From Lama glama (lineage: Eukaryota): a stretch of DNA of 64,000 bases. The stretch is taken from contig CM052817.1 of the NCBI GenBank assembly GCA_028534125.1, positions 109,246,001 to 109,310,000 of the forward strand. Direction: 5' to 3'. Both the position numbers and the translations under genes were made by a program. The notes beneath the pieces are model-generated. The model had not been told where the DNA came from. It saw only the letters and a program-made list of their open reading frames with translations, and searched no databases. This document shows positions 24,451 through 37,878 of the stretch, piece by piece. How positions within the stretch are numbered: the stretch's first letter is position 1; each line of letters begins with the position of its first letter.

Positions 24451-25888
24451 ACAGTTTATATATATATCTATCTTTATTAAATCAATTTATTTATTCTTTA
24501 CTGAATAAAGGCAAGTATCATTATCTCTGTGTTTTTATCAATAATTTATAATTATTAACTTTGGAAGAAAAATCTTATATAATCTGCTTTATCATTAAGA
24601 GAATTTGGCTTTCATGTATTAATTTTACATTAAAATATAACTATATAATGTTCAACAAAATTTAAAAATACATATTTTTAGAATATATAAATAGATTTAG
24701 CTGATGTGTTTTTATAGTAATTTCAGTTATATTTCCATTGGCCTCAGTGATGCAGAGGCTTAAATCAATGTAAGCATTCAAATTAATTTCACAAAGCTAG
24801 AATTCTTTGAATAACAACAAATCTTCACCTTTATTTTGTATAGGGACCAAATTTACTATAAATACTATTCCCTACTTGTCAAAACAAAAATCACAAAACA
24901 ACAGGCTATGCAGATATTCCCCACTGGGAAACAGAAACTCTCAGGCATTACCTGTGGTCTGGAAACTGGTGAAGACCTTCTGAAAAGCAATCTGGAAGTA
25001 TTTAGCCAAATTAAGAATGCAGTTCCCAGTGACTTAGCCTACCATTTACAGATGTGTGTATCCTATCAGAAGTCTCAAAGAGATCCATGACTGCTGTGGT
25101 CTTTGATTATGGTAGCAAGAAAATGGATCATTGCTCAGAATATACAAGCACTGTTCATAGTAGTGGGGTTTTGGAGATAAACAAAGTGCTCATTACTAAA
25201 TGAATTAAGGTAAAATGTGATAGACACATACATGATTTATAGATAGAATTAGGACTACTAAATCTGATGCACATACATAAACATGCAAAGATATTTTAAA
25301 CATGGAGTTGAGTGAACGGGAAATAAACATGAAATTTTTCTTGGGCAACAGTGTTTACATAAATGAATACTATATTAGGCATACTAAATAAATACTAAAT
25401 TCTAAATGTGCAAGTTTTAACCTATTAAGTAAATTACCAGATAGGCAGAAAACAAAGACTATTTTTAAACTATAGATATGTATTCAAAGACATATATGAA
25501 ACTAGAAAAGTAGGTATCTATGAAGAAAAGAAATGCGGTTGGAATCTTGGGAATAAAATGGGCCAAGAGCAATGAATTGGCCTCACATGGACCAGTGAGC
25601 TGAAGAGGAGGTTCATGCAACAATTTGTCACTGGTGTCCTCAAAAAAAAAGAAGGAGGAGAAAAAGAAGAAAGAAAAAAAACTCCCCTTTGAGCAAAAAA
25701 GGCATAGTTTCTTTCACATTTTAACATTCTTTTCAAATGTTTAGCTGTATAATCTGAAAATAGGCATCTAAAACCATATACTCCCAGGAAATTATTCTGA
25801 GAAAAAGACATAAATATGTGCTACTGAAAACATATTAAATGCTCAATTATAGGAAATGGTTCAATAAATTATAATTCTATTCAGTTGT

Positions 25889-26592
25889 GGGGTTTTTTTG
25901 CTCTTTATTTTTATTTTTTAAACTTTGTTATTGAGTTATAGTCATTTTACAATGTTGTGTCAAATTCCAGTGTAAAACACAATTTTTCAGTTATACATGA
26001 ACATACATATATTCATTGTCACATTTTATTTCACTGTGAGCTACCACAAGATCTTGTATAGATTTCCCTGTGCTATACAGTATAATCTTGTTTATCTATT
26101 CTGCATATGCCTGTCAGTATCTACAGATTTTGAAATCTCAGTCTGTCCCTTTCCACTGCCCACCCCCTTGGCAACCACAAGTTTGTATTCTATGTCTATG
26201 AGTCTGTTTCTGTTTTGTATTTATGTTATTTTTTTTTAAGATTCCACATATGTGCAATCTCATATGGTATTTTTCTTTCTCTTTCTGGCTTACTTCACTT
26301 AGAATGACATTCTTCAGAGACATCCATGCTGCTGCAAATGGCATTATGTTGTCATTTTTATGGCTGAATAGTATTCCATTGTATACATATACCACAACTT
26401 CTTTATACAGTCATCTGTTGATGGACATTTGGGCTGTTTCCATGTCTTGGCTATTGTAAATAATGCTGCTATGAGCATTGGGGTGCAGGTGTCGTTTTGA
26501 AGTAGGGTTCCTTCTGGATATATGCCCAGGTGTGGGATTACTGGGCCATATGGTAAGTCTATTCCTAGTCTTTAGAGGAATCTCCATACTGC
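25889..26592 (-). mobile_element. Young truncated L1 3' end with 13-bp TSD
   Basis: TSD tctattcagttgt at 25876-25888 and 26593-26605; T-rich tail at left. Confidence 0.9.
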
Positions 26593-27267
26593 TCTATTCA
26601 GTTGTTAAAATCAAGACATAAAAGATTTAGTGAAACAGAAGAAAAATAGTTACCCCATTAAATAAAGAAATGCACACAAAAAAGTGTCAATAGTCTAATT
26701 TTGTTCAATATGTACATATAAATAAAAAAGAGGATGAAAAGGTACCTCAGATATATTTACAACAGTGAGTTTTGCTTTCTTTTCTGTGATTTTCTGTATA
26801 TTTCTGAGCATACTGAAATTTCTTTAAGCATTTTTTCAAGTTATTTTTATTGGCCATTTTTATTATATCGTCTTTGAGATGTTCTATAAGCCTCTTTCCA
26901 TTTTTCTATTGAGATCCTTGTCTTTTTCTTATAGCTTCATAGTTGTTCTCTATTGATGCTGTTCTGAGGGTTACTACAGATGGAGTAAACACCAAATGTC
27001 AAACTTACACTTGGTTAATGACTTTTGCTTACTATTTTTTGCTTCTGGCTTTTTAAAATATAAGCCATTTTTAAAATATAATTAAGCAAAACTTACGGCA
27101 GAAAATTAAAGCAAAATAAATCAAGGATATATAAAATAAAAATACATACTTCCCAACAGAAGTAAATAAGGTCCTCCCTTAATTCTTTCAAGCTTCCAGT
27201 ATTAACTTATAATATCAGATTTTTCTAGGTGTACATATTCTAACTCTACTTAAAAACATACACAAAT

Positions 27268-27895
27268 GGGAAAGGGGATAAAGAGGTACCAACTACTGTG
27301 TGTAAAATAAATAAACTACAGGATATGTTGTACAGCACAGGGGCTGTAGCCAATATTTTATAACTATAAAAGGAGTATAATCTTTAATAATTGTGAACCA
27401 CTATGCTGTACAGCTGAAATTATATAATACGATAAATCAACTATACCTCATTTAAAAAAACTCAAGGAGATGCTGCCTCACACCCATTAGGATGGCTGTC
27501 ATACAAAAGACAGTGTTGGTGAGGAAGAAAATTTGGAAAATTTGGAAGCATCTACACATGACTGATGAGGATGAAAATGGTGCTACCACTTTGGAAGACA
27601 GTTGGCATTCCCTCAAAGTAACAAGACATAGTTGTATGACTCAGCAGTTCCACTCAGCTGTACAACTAAGAGCAATGACAACATAAGCCAAACAAAAAAT
27701 TGTGCATGAAAACTTACAGCAGCATTGTCCACAATAATTCCAAAAACTTGGCACAAACTAAATGTCCATCAGCTAAACCAGTAAACAGAATACAGTATAT
27801 CTGTACAATGAGTGTTACGTAACAATAAAAAGGAATGAAGTTCTGATACAGGCTGTAACATGAATGAAGCTTGAAAACTTTGTGCTTTAAAGTAA
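27268..27895 (+). mobile_element. Two adjacent L1 3' fragments
   Basis: tacagcacaggg...aaatcaactatacctca tail, then cacccattaggatggct...aaatgtccatcagc. Confidence 0.7.
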
Positions 27896-28264
27896 TGCGT
27901 GCATCTTCTTTTGAAATTAAGCTATTCAGAATGCACAAAGCACATTATCCTTATACATCAAATCTATATACTGGTTGGTATAAAATGCTAGAATAAATTG
28001 CTAAAACTGAAAATTGTCACACTGAAGAGTGTATAGATTTTAATCTATACTCCCAAAACTGCAACAGAAGAGCCTCAGATGGTAGGAAATGGTTACCATT
28101 CAGTCTACAAAGATAAGAAGTAATCTGTATTTCTGGAATGACAGATCAATCCGATAAAAAGAAAACTTAAAGAAAACAAAGAAGCAGAAAAATAATCTAA
28201 AATGATTACATTCTTTATATTTTCATCCCTCCCTATGCCTGTACACAATGGCTTTTCATAGTGC

Positions 28265-28372
28265 CTCTATATTTGCATCCTCTTCACTCTGCCATTCAAT
28301 TAAGGTCTGCCATGGAAGACGCCATCTAAAGTACTGGAGCGGCTGTGAATTCAACCCGATTTTCCCAGAACA
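28265..28372 (-). pseudogene. Exon remnant, 108 nt, open
   Basis: Strong acceptor ctttttctttctttag|; CSGKIGLNSQPLQYFRWRLPWQTLIEWQSEEDANIE resembles an RGS-domain C-terminal helix (cf. RGS22 KPLLLYWAPRF); donor degenerate. Confidence 0.5.
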
Positions 28373-28439
28373 CTAAAGAAAGAAAAAAGTAATTACATGT
28401 GTTTAACAATTCCTCACTGATACTTCACAATGAACTTGC

Positions 28440-28499
28440 CTTTGCAGATTCATCAGAATCACTGCTTGATCTGATCCCCTGTAACAATACCCTTGGGAC
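28440..28499 (-). pseudogene. Exon remnant, 60 nt, GC-type donor
   Basis: Acceptor cctgcag|, donor AAG|gcaagt; VPRVLLQGIRSSSDSDESAK is open; 67-nt intron to the next exon. Confidence 0.45.
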
Positions 28500-28672
28500 C
28501 TGCAGGCTTGTAATTCAGCATTAACCTGTTACATTTCATAGGGGAATTTAATCTCTATCAATCTTTATCTCCAACCTACTCACCTACCATCCACAAAACG
28601 TTTAAGATGTTCTTCCTTGTCCTCACTTTGTCGTTTTAGCCACTCCAGCAACATTGTCAACCACACATCCTT

Positions 28673-28823
28673 TCAGTGCCTATTTTCTGCTTCCTCTCGC
28701 ATCTTCGGTGAGTATCTCCGAATATCTCTAACAGAGTGAGATGAAATTCTATTCATCTTATAGTTTGCATCTGATTCCAGTATCAGCAGAATAAAAGGAC
28801 CAGCAGAATAAAGGGGCAGCATA
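28673..28823 (-). pseudogene. Possible exon remnant (donor uncertain)
   Basis: Acceptor cttcatttcag|; MLPLYSAGPFILLILESDANYKMNRISSHSVRDIRRYSPKMREEAENRH; contains a ~17-bp internal duplication. Confidence 0.35.
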
Positions 28824-29789
28824 CTGAAATGAAGTCCATTCAACAAAGACTTCCTGCTAGGCGCAAAGCAGGATGCTGGGTGCCACGGAGAAAAACACAC
28901 GTGAACTCTGCCCCATTTTACAAGAGTTAATAGTTTCTCTGGGGACAGCAACTACATTTTTGTTCTTAAGTGTGGAGAAGCCGACCCCCGCAGCCCGCCC
29001 GAGGCGCGAGGGCTTTCGTTCCGTCTCCCCCTGCAGACCTCTTACCGCGGGCTGGGGGCAGAACAGGCGTTCAGCTTGCTCCCTGTTCTGTGGTTGCAGA
29101 CCAACTGTCCTCCCTTCTCTGGACAGCCTTGCATTTTTGAATCTCATCCCTCACTCAGGCTGGCATCTTGGAGACCCTTTCTCAAGCCCACGTATCTCGA
29201 ATATTCATTCCTCATCTTGTCTGAGTTCTCTGCCCTTAACTTAAGCCAGATAGCTCGTCTGGCTCCCTGGGCGGTCACTTTCTGAGCTTCTCTCCTGTGA
29301 AGATGGTGTCTTCCACCTGCCCCCACTACCCTCGCCTTGTCCTTACCGGTAATCGCAGCCCTCCTGTGCTCTCAGCCCCCTCCCCCAGCCCTTTGACCGC
29401 CACCTCCTCCCCTTCCTGCACGTTCTCCTTGACTTCAAAGCCTCTTGAAATGTCTACTCCTGTGACCCTGCCACATTTCACTCAGTTTCATCTTCGTTTC
29501 AGTTTTGCTCCTTATTTCGCTTAAACCCCCGCGTCATTACAGTCACTCCCATGAAACCATCATCAGCTCTCTGGCTGTCTGTCCCCGGGGAACACAGCGC
29601 AGCAGTGTTCAGCCCACCCTCCGCCCACCTCACACCTGCAGCAGAGCATCTGACCGTGGTTGATGGAAGCTCGGAACCATGTTGCCCGTGGACCTCAAAG
29701 GAGCTGCAGGGTCAGCTCTGCCCCTCCCCTCAGGGCCCTTCCTGCTTCCTTTCTCCCAGCTTCCAGCTCTCCCTCCTCCATTATCATGT

Positions 29790-30190
29790 CTAGTTGAGAA
29801 CCTTCTTTCTTTATAACTGAGAAAATCGAAGCTATAAGAAAAGAATTTCCAGATTCCCTTTTTATATCTCCAACTTACCAGTGTGTGTCCTACGAACCCT
29901 GTGGTTAGTGAACTACTGACGTTTTTATCTTAAGGTAATCCGTCCACGTGTGTATTAGGTCTGATTCACCAGCAATCTTCCCTCTATTTTCTGTTTCACC
30001 ATCTCTTCTCCCTCTAATGGATTATTTCCAACCGCAAACAAGCATGCAATTTCCCTCATCTTAAAAAAAGTAAAACCTTCTTTAGACCCCACTTTCTCCA
30101 CCAACCATCACTTATTTTTCTATTTCCATTTGTGCCCAAACTTCTTAAAAGGTCATTTATATTGGATGTCTCCAGTTTCCCTCCTGAATT
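29790..30190 (+). mobile_element. L2 fragment
   Basis: actgagaaaatcgaagctataagaaaagaa and aaacaagcatgcaatttccctcatcttaaaaaa are L2-like. Confidence 0.55.
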
Positions 30191-30654
30191 TTTTTAAATT
30201 GAAAAAAAAAAAAACTTGTTTCAGTTTTTTAAACAATTTGAAGTCATTCATGTAAAGTTCAAAAGCATGTAGGACTAAATGCTGAAAAAATTAATTATAG
30301 CACTGATAGCAAGTTCTGAATTACTGAGCTGATTATATTGTGATCTTTATAAAGATAGATAAAAAATTATGAGAATTATTTTTTGCAATATGTCAAGTGA
30401 AAATGGCGAGCTGGACTGAGAGGCACTGATGAGCTCATGCATTAAATGGTAACTGTATTTATTTTATTTCTCATTTTGGACTTATACAGATCTATACTTA
30501 GGTTTCTCAAGATCTATTAGGATAGAAATTACACTTTAGGGACATGCCTTCATTAATCTAGCAGTAAAGATGAACAACTAATCACATACAAAACTCTGAT
30601 TCTTGTAATGAAGCTTAAATTTTTTTTCCACTTTAAACCTGTTCTAGATTTGTA

Positions 30655-30872
30655 CTGAGAATAAGCGAATTATTTTCCTGGGATAAGTATTTCAAAGCCA
30701 GTTTCCAGTCTCAGGTTGCGTGCTTTTAATTCAGAATGTTAAAAGGTCTGTATGGGAGAGCATTCTCTGTAATGTTTGATTTCATTTCAAGGTAAATGAG
30801 AAGTGAAATCTGGAGCCACGTTCTGAGAACTTTGAGACTTTCCAACTGGCCTCAGTGATGCCAAAGTTGAAA
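30655..30872 (-). pseudogene. Possible exon remnant
   Basis: Acceptor ctttattttaaag|; FQLWHH*GQLESLKVLRTWLQISLLIY loosely resembles RGS22 RGS-like domain text; boundaries uncertain. Confidence 0.25.
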
Positions 30873-31402
30873 CTTTAAAATAAAGTAAATGCTCACAGTG
30901 CCAAAACCAGGAGATGTGTGCACAGTTCTGCCTTGGTGCATATTAATCTGAGCGCTGCTCTCGTTTAATCTTCATAAAGTGTTGGATTAAAAAATTAAGT
31001 TTTAAAACAGCAATTTTAAATAGTAAGATTATAAATCACCTAGTTTCAGTCATAATACCTATCTCAGTTTACTTCTCTTAACCCTAAATCTGGAACTGAT
31101 GACTTCACAGAGAGATAAATTTCTAAAGAAGTATGTTCATATAAACACGGTATTAAATGTGAGATATGAGGTCTCAAAATTATACTCTCCTTTTGTCTTT
31201 ATATTTACCCAAGAAAAGATTTGCCAGTAAGAAGAATACATCATATTTATTATTTCTAGATTAAAAGTATTTAATTATATTGCTTTGAATTATTTAGTGC
31301 TTAATAAACCATAGCTCTGTTCTTGGGTAGCCAGTTCATGGTGAAGAAGAAAGTAATTTTAGTAACATAGTTGAATAACTCCACCTGCCTTTGAAAGTTT
31401 GT

Positions 31403-31523
31403 CTTTGCCTGGATGAGGTGCGTGCAAGGGAGATGAGAGCTTTTACTGAAGGTTGTCTGGAACTTTGCCTGGATGAGGTGCGTGCAAAAGCAGATGAGAG
31501 CTTTTACTGAAGGTTGTCCGGAA
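31403..31523. repeat. Tandem duplication, 60/61-bp units
   Basis: ctttgcctggatgaggtgcgtgcaa...ttttactgaaggttgtc(t/c)ggaa occurs twice. Confidence 0.9.
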
Positions 31524-31894
31524 GGATGGAGAGACAGCAGAGGGGAGAGGGAACAGAGATGTCTCTAGAGCTAAGAAGTCAGTTCTTTGGAGGCAAAGGG
31601 AGACTGAAATGGGATGTGAGTGACAAAAAGGAGGGAATTCAAGATGACAGGATACTTTCTGGCTTGGGTGCCTGGTTAGGTGGTGAAGCCAGGATATAGG
31701 GAAGAAAGAGGCAGAAACTGGTTCAGGGGAAAAACAAATGAATTCAGCTTTCATTTATTTGAAATGCCCAAAAAATACAGATCAACATTAATTTATTTTA
31801 AGAAAGATATGAGATGTGTGAACTCTGGAGTCGTAAGAGTACAGTCAGTAGGTGGAGCCTTGGTGACACCTGTCGGGAGGGCAGGGAATCCAGC

Positions 31895-32212
31895 AGAGGA
31901 GGCTGGGGGTCTGAGATCAAGGGGTCGCAGGGTGGGTTCCTTCTTGGGACCACGAGGGAAGGGTCTGCTCCAGGCCTCTGTCCCGAGCTTGCAGGCAGCT
32001 GTCCTTTCCCTGTTCTCACATCAGTTTCCCCTCTCTTAGCATTTGTGTCCAAATTTCTTCTTTTAAGGAGACCAGTCACATTAGATCAGACCACACTGTC
32101 ACTCACTTATCTCTGTAAAGACCCTGTCTCCCTACGCGGCCACATTCTGAGCTACTGGTTATTGGGACTTTGACATGTGAATGTTGGGGAGACACCAGTG
32201 AGCCCATGACAC
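31895..32212 (-). mobile_element. MLT1 LTR fragment
   Basis: gtctgagatcaagggg...tttaaggagaccagtcac...atgtgaatgttggggagacac. Confidence 0.7.
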
Positions 32213-32750
32213 GTCATGCTAACCCTGTGTCACCCCGTCCCGGGTGACTTCTGTGTGGTCCCCTAGGCCAACTCCCGTCTTCTCCACTCTGCACTGGGTC
32301 CCACGTGAATTGCTTCAATTCCCACACGCAGAAGCTGCCCAGCTGTTTCTGTGTTTGTCTCCGAGGAAACTGCTCCATGGGGAGCTGTCCATTCACTGTG
32401 TCCTTCGGAGTAGCAGCATTTAGGAGCCTCCTTGTCGCCTTCTGGGTTCACAGTGTGCTACGCCCAGTTCCTGAAACATTTTACATCTGCATGTGCCCGC
32501 CTAGTCCCATAGCGTTAAATACCATCCGTGTGCATTTCCAACCTGTACCTCTTCCCTGAAAACCTTACTTTTTCTCCAACTTCCTATCAGCCTTTCTGCT
32601 CAATGCTTAATAGACACCTGAAAATTCACAAGAAGAATGCTGGAGAGGGAATGCAAGGGAAGGAGTGAAGAAATAAATCTTTAGTCTTATAACTGGAATT
32701 TTCTACCACAAAATCATGCCCGTAATAATACCTCTGATGTCTTTGCTCAC

Positions 32751-32800
32751 CTACTCAGAAAGAGATTCTCTGCGTTTAATCCTCAGTCTCTTGAATTGGG
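32751..32800 (-). pseudogene. Possible exon remnant, 50 nt
   Basis: Acceptor aatttag|, donor TAG|gtgagc (likely former CAG|gtgag); QFKRLRIKRRESLSE*. Confidence 0.3.
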
Positions 32801-32918
32801 CTAAATTGATGCTGTATTACTTATAAGAACCGAGGCTCAAAATGGTTAAAAAAAACTTGAGATCACAAGGCTCACGAATGGTAGAGCTGAGGTGAACCCA
32901 AGTCAGAAGCTGCTTCAC

Positions 32919-32983
32919 CGAGCTGTTCCAGTGGAGGATCTCTGAATAAACTCAGGTGACATGCTCTAATCAAGATGTCAATG
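32919..32983 (-). pseudogene. Possible exon remnant, 65 nt
   Basis: Strong acceptor cctttgtttctcttcag|, donor TCG|gtgaag; IDILIRACHLSLFRDPPLEQL is open and phase-compatible with neighbours. Confidence 0.35.
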
Positions 32984-33939
32984 CTGAAGAGAAACAAAGG
33001 CCTCTGGGATGAAGGTAACGGCTATAATAAAGCTTTCTTTTAAGCGATCTTAAACGTTTTCCTTGGTGTTTTTTGCTATTCACATCCCAAAGGAAACACT
33101 TGATTCATTAATTTTAGAATTTATCTCTGGAAAACTGTATTTTTAGTGCTGTTTAAAATGTATCATTTATAGAGAAAATCTTCCATTAAACTCTACCTTC
33201 CTTGGATGTTTACTGATGGCTTTAATTCATCCTTCAACCTCACATCTTGTTTCCATCATAACCAAATAACCAAAATCCATCCACCCGTGGAAGTGCTTAA
33301 TGATACATTCTTAACTACCCAGTCAAAGAAAGAAAGGAAATTTTTGTGACAATTTTGTCTCTAATTTCCACAAATACAATTAACTTATCCCTCAGTCACA
33401 GTTGAGAAATAAGTAACACTTTAAAAAAGTAACAGGACAGAATACAGCAGGATTTTTGACTTAGAAAACTTACAGGTAATCATTTTTATTTAATCATTTC
33501 ACTTAAACCTGAGCAAATGTTTTGACCTCCCTCATTACCTGAGTTCAAGCTGCCGTCAGTCCTCACCTTCAAGGTCCATCCATCCGAGAAGACAAACCCT
33601 CTGGCTGTCCTCCGGTTGCCTGTGGTTACCTGCTACTTGCGTAAGGGCAGATGCAGGAAGCCACATGAGGGACCGTGAGTCGACCCAAGATCACAGCGTC
33701 AGGGGCCGCCTACCACCCATGAAGGGCACATCACAGAAGCGGTGTAATGAGAGCCCGGGGTCAGAGCCCCAGCAGGGCTGCTGAACCCAGGAACTCAGAG
33801 CTCCCCCAAGGGGGTTTCTGCCAGGAGCTGGAGCCCAGGCGGAGAGGGACAGGGGTGCACGGTGGCAGAGAAGTGGCCTCCCACAGATATGCACATCCCG
33901 TCCCCAGAGCCTGCGCAGCTTACCTGACCCAGCAGAGGG

Positions 33940-34365
33940 GCCTCTGCGGATGTGGCTGAATAAGGACCCCGAGTCGGGGACATTACCCCGAATTGCCTGG
34001 ACGGACCTGAGCACAATCACAAGGGTCCTGACAGGCGAAAAGGAAAGGCGGGGAAAGAGTCACATGAGGACACATGAGGACAGAAGCAAGGGTCAGAGTC
34101 AGAGAGGGAGATCGAGATGCTGCGCTTCTGGTCTGGAGATGAGGAAGGGGCCGCGGTCCCGGGAAGGCGGGCGCCTCCGGAAGCTGGAAATGGCGTGGGA
34201 ACACATTTTGCCCTTGACTCTCCAGAAGGAGGACAGCACTGCTGACACCTCGACTTTGGCCCAGTGAGAACTGTTTAAAACTTCTCCCCTCCAGAAATGT
34301 AAGCTATTAAGTTACGTTATTTTAAGCAACTAATTTCGTGCTAACTTGTTATCGCAGCAACACAG
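33940..34365 (+). mobile_element. MLT1 LTR
   Basis: aatcacaagggtcct...ctccagaaggaggacagcactgctgacacctcgacttt...ttgttatcgcagcaaca. Confidence 0.75.
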
Positions 34366-35259
34366 GCTGGAGCGCCCAGATTCCTCCCACCCCAGCCCGC
34401 CCGGCTCCCACCGCCTCGCAGAGCAGCCAACCCCACGGAAAGGAGCCTAGTTCTCTGCTGGGTGGGGGGGAGGGGGGCAAGGGCCTTCCTTTGCCCGTTC
34501 CTGACCGCTGCCACCCGCTGCTTTACTGCACGATGTTGAATATAGTTCCCTGTGCTGTATGGTAGGACCTTGTTACCTATTTTATAACCTCCTATGTTCT
34601 TATACCCTCTCCCTGATTCTTCCATTGAGCAGCAAGTGCCCACAAATACATCTATCTCTGCCCCGACCCCTCCTCTAAGTACAGACCTGCACATCATTGC
34701 TTGAGTGTTCCGAGGTTATCTCAAAATCAGCACGTCAAAAGTGAACCTATAATGTTAGCCCCGATCAGCTCCCACGTTTGGACTGCAAGAGCTCATGCGG
34801 GGGACGTGGGGCAGGCACCCTCAGAGGTCTGTAAACCATCTCAGGTCTTCCCTCTTATCCTTCATTTGTTCAGTTCTCCTTCCGCAGTGAGCTGAGATGT
34901 GCACGCAGGAGCCTGGGGACCAGCCCCTCCCCATGCCCACCCCCTCCACAGTCTGTAAGCAGCCAGAGGGATCCTTCCAGAACAAAACCGTGGCAGGACT
35001 TGAGTGTTTCAGTGTCCACCTGATGCTCTCAGTACAAAAGCCCATTCCTAGAGTGGTCTCGTGTGCACCCACCCTGCCTGGCCCTCACAGCCTCATTCAA
35101 ACTGTGCCAGTCCTTGCAGTCTGCACACAGACCACACTGCCTTTGTCCTCGTCCAACAGGCTGAGGTGTCTCCTTATGTATGCCCCTCCATTCAGCCAGC
35201 TCAGCTGTCCACACAGCACCACGGAGCAGGCACCACCAACAGGGAGGCCAGGAAAAAGG

Positions 35260-35540
35260 TGCCAACACGCTGGTGTCTGTGAGAGCCCTGCTGGTGGTCT
35301 GGAGGCAGCCCACCTGTGCTCATGTAACCTTTTCTCTGTCTGCATGCAGGTGGTTAGGGTAAGAGCCAGCTCTCCAAGTCTCTTCTTATAAGGGCACTAA
35401 TCCCATGACCAGGCCCCACCCGCTTGGCCTCATATAAACTCGATTACTTCCCAAAGACCCATCTCCAAACACCATCATGTTAGAGGGAACTAGGGTTTCA
35501 ACATATGAATCTGGGGGAGACATGATTCAGTCCACAGCAG
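35260..35540 (-). mobile_element. MLT1 LTR fragment
   Basis: ctcttcttataagggcactaatcccat...tttcaacatatgaatctggggg. Confidence 0.75.
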
Positions 35541-35958
35541 TGCCTTTGCTACCCTCCTTCTCAGCTAAACCCCAAGGAGCTTTTCCCAGGGAGCCTTCCA
35601 GGATTCCTCCCTAAGAATATGCTTAACCCTCTTATGACACAAACTGTCACATTCCTTTCCTCATAACACATATTACAGATGACACTTTACATCTACTTAT
35701 GTGGCTGCCTGAACAGTGCCTCTGTCCCTCACACTTGGTTGTCACCTCTGTGAAGGAAGGGACACCAACTTTTTTGTTCACCCTTCAGTCTCCGCTGTCT
35801 AGAGGAGTGTATGACCTCCAGCGTGGACTCAGTGCATACACACCAGAGGAGATGATGAGTGGGAAACTGGCTCCTGAGCTTGTTCATTCCAGCACTTCTG
35901 AGCCGCTGGACTTTGAACAGGTTACTAGCTTCTTGGAGCCTCAACATCCTTATCTATA

Positions 35959-36757
35959 ACATAAAAAGTCCATAAATGACAAATATTGGAGAGGCTGTAG
36001 AGGAAAAGGAGCCCTACACTGCTGGTGGGAATGCAGTTTGGTGCAGCCACTATGGAAAACAGTGTGGAGATTCCTCAAAAGACTAGGAATAGACTTACCA
36101 TATGACCCAGGAATCCCACTCCTGGGCATATATCCAAAAGGAACCCTACTTCAAAATGACACCTGCACCCCAATGTTCATAGCAGCACTATTTACAATAG
36201 CCAAGACTGGAAACAACTTAAATGTCCATCAACAGATGACTGGATAAAGAAGTCATGGTATATTTATACAATGGAATAATACTCAGCCATAAAAAAGACT
36301 AAAATATTGCTATTTGCAGCAACATGAATGGACCTGGAGATTGTCATTTTAAGTGAAGTAAGTCAGAGAAAGAAAATTACCACATGATATCACTTGTATG
36401 TGGAACCAAAAAGAAAAAAAAAGAAGAAAGAAAAATGAGGACACTAATGAACTCATCTACAAAAGAAACAGACTCACAGACATAGTAAACAACTTTATGG
36501 TTACCAGGGAAAGAGTGTGGGAAGGAATAAATTTGAGAGTTTGAGATTTGCAAATGTTAAGCACTATATATAAAAATAGACTTAAAATATTCTTCTGTAT
36601 GTCACAGGGAACTATATTCAATATCTTGTAATAATCTTTAATGAAAAAGACTATGAAAATGAATATATGTGTGTATCTGCATGCCTGGGACATGGTGCTG
36701 CACACCAAGACTGATACATTGCAACTGACTATATTTCAATTAAAAACAAAACAAAGA
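35959..36757 (+). mobile_element. Truncated L1 (ORF2 C-terminus plus 3' UTR)
   Basis: [36 protein letters not shown]...PMFIAALFTIAK is the L1 ORF2 C-terminus; A-rich tail. Confidence 0.9.
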
Positions 36758-36824
36758 AGAGATCACTTATGTCCTAGTCTGATTAACAGCCACCCAAAAG
36801 CAAAGATAGCAGACACACATCAAT

Positions 36825-37242
36825 AGAATATGTAAATCTTGCCTTTTTAGGAAAAAGTGCCTTTGCAGACATGAGTTAATAATCTTGATTTGAGGAGATG
36901 ACCCTGGGCTAGGTGATCGGATCCCCAGTCTAATCACAGTTGTTATAGGAGAGAAGCAGAAGGTGACTACACAGCAGAGGGAGGGACGGTTATTATGAAA
37001 CCTAATAGAGAGATTTGAAGGTGCTGGCCTTGAAGGGTGGGGAGGTGCTCCCCCAGCCCTAAGAATTACCTAGACCCACCCGAAGCGGCAAGAATCCAGG
37101 GGTAGACTCTCCCCTGGAGCTTCTGGAAGGAGCACAGCCTTGCTGACACCCAATTTTGAACTTCTGGCCTCCAGAGCAGTGAGAAGTTTCAAGCCACTAA
37201 GTTTGTAGCAACTTGTTTCAGCAGCGCATGGAAACTAATGCA
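36825..37242 (+). mobile_element. MLT1 LTR
   Basis: ctttgcagacatgagtt...cttctggcctccagagcagtgaga...ggaaactaatgca. Confidence 0.75.
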
Positions 37243-37629
37243 GCCTTGAGATCAGGAAGCGTGAAAGCAACACAGGAGAGGTGCATTTGAAATGGCCTCT
37301 GGAAGAGTGCCGTGGGCTCAGATAGAAGTGGGCTGAGGGGAGGCTGAGGGTAGAGGAGGCTGGGGCGGCAGAGCAAAACTGAATCACGTTCATTATCTCA
37401 ATAATTCCAGGAAAGTGTTGCTACCAGGCCAACTGAAACAGAAGGCAAATTCTGTACTGTTCTCAGTGAAGCCATGTCACAAAGCCACAAATCTCGTGTT
37501 TGGTGGCACAAGTCCACATCATAAATACTGACCTTAGTCCATTTGGCCACTGTAACACAGTACACAGACTGCACGGCTCACAGACAACACATATTTTCTC
37601 ATCACCATTACTGGCCAGCAGGGCTGAGC

Positions 37630-37878
37630 TCTGGAGAAAGTGCTCTTCCAGGCCACAGACTGCCAGCCTCTCCAGTCCACATGTGGCAGAGAGCCACGAC
37701 TTCACTCTCTTACCACTCTCTTAAGGGCACTAATTCCATTTGTGGGGGCTTCATCCTCATGACCTCACTGAATCCTAATTGCCTCCCAAAGGCCCCATGT
37801 CCTAAGACTGCCACAATGGGGGACAGGGCTCCCAACACATAAATTTGGGGAGGAAGACAAACATTTAGTTCACAACAT
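37630..37878 (-). mobile_element. MLT1 LTR fragment
   Basis: ttaagggcactaattccattt...acatttagttcacaaca. Confidence 0.65.

Noticed and set aside
30897..30969. Extra exon with gtgagc donor
   Set aside because: It would leave an intron of only ~25 nt to the next candidate acceptor, so both cannot be real.
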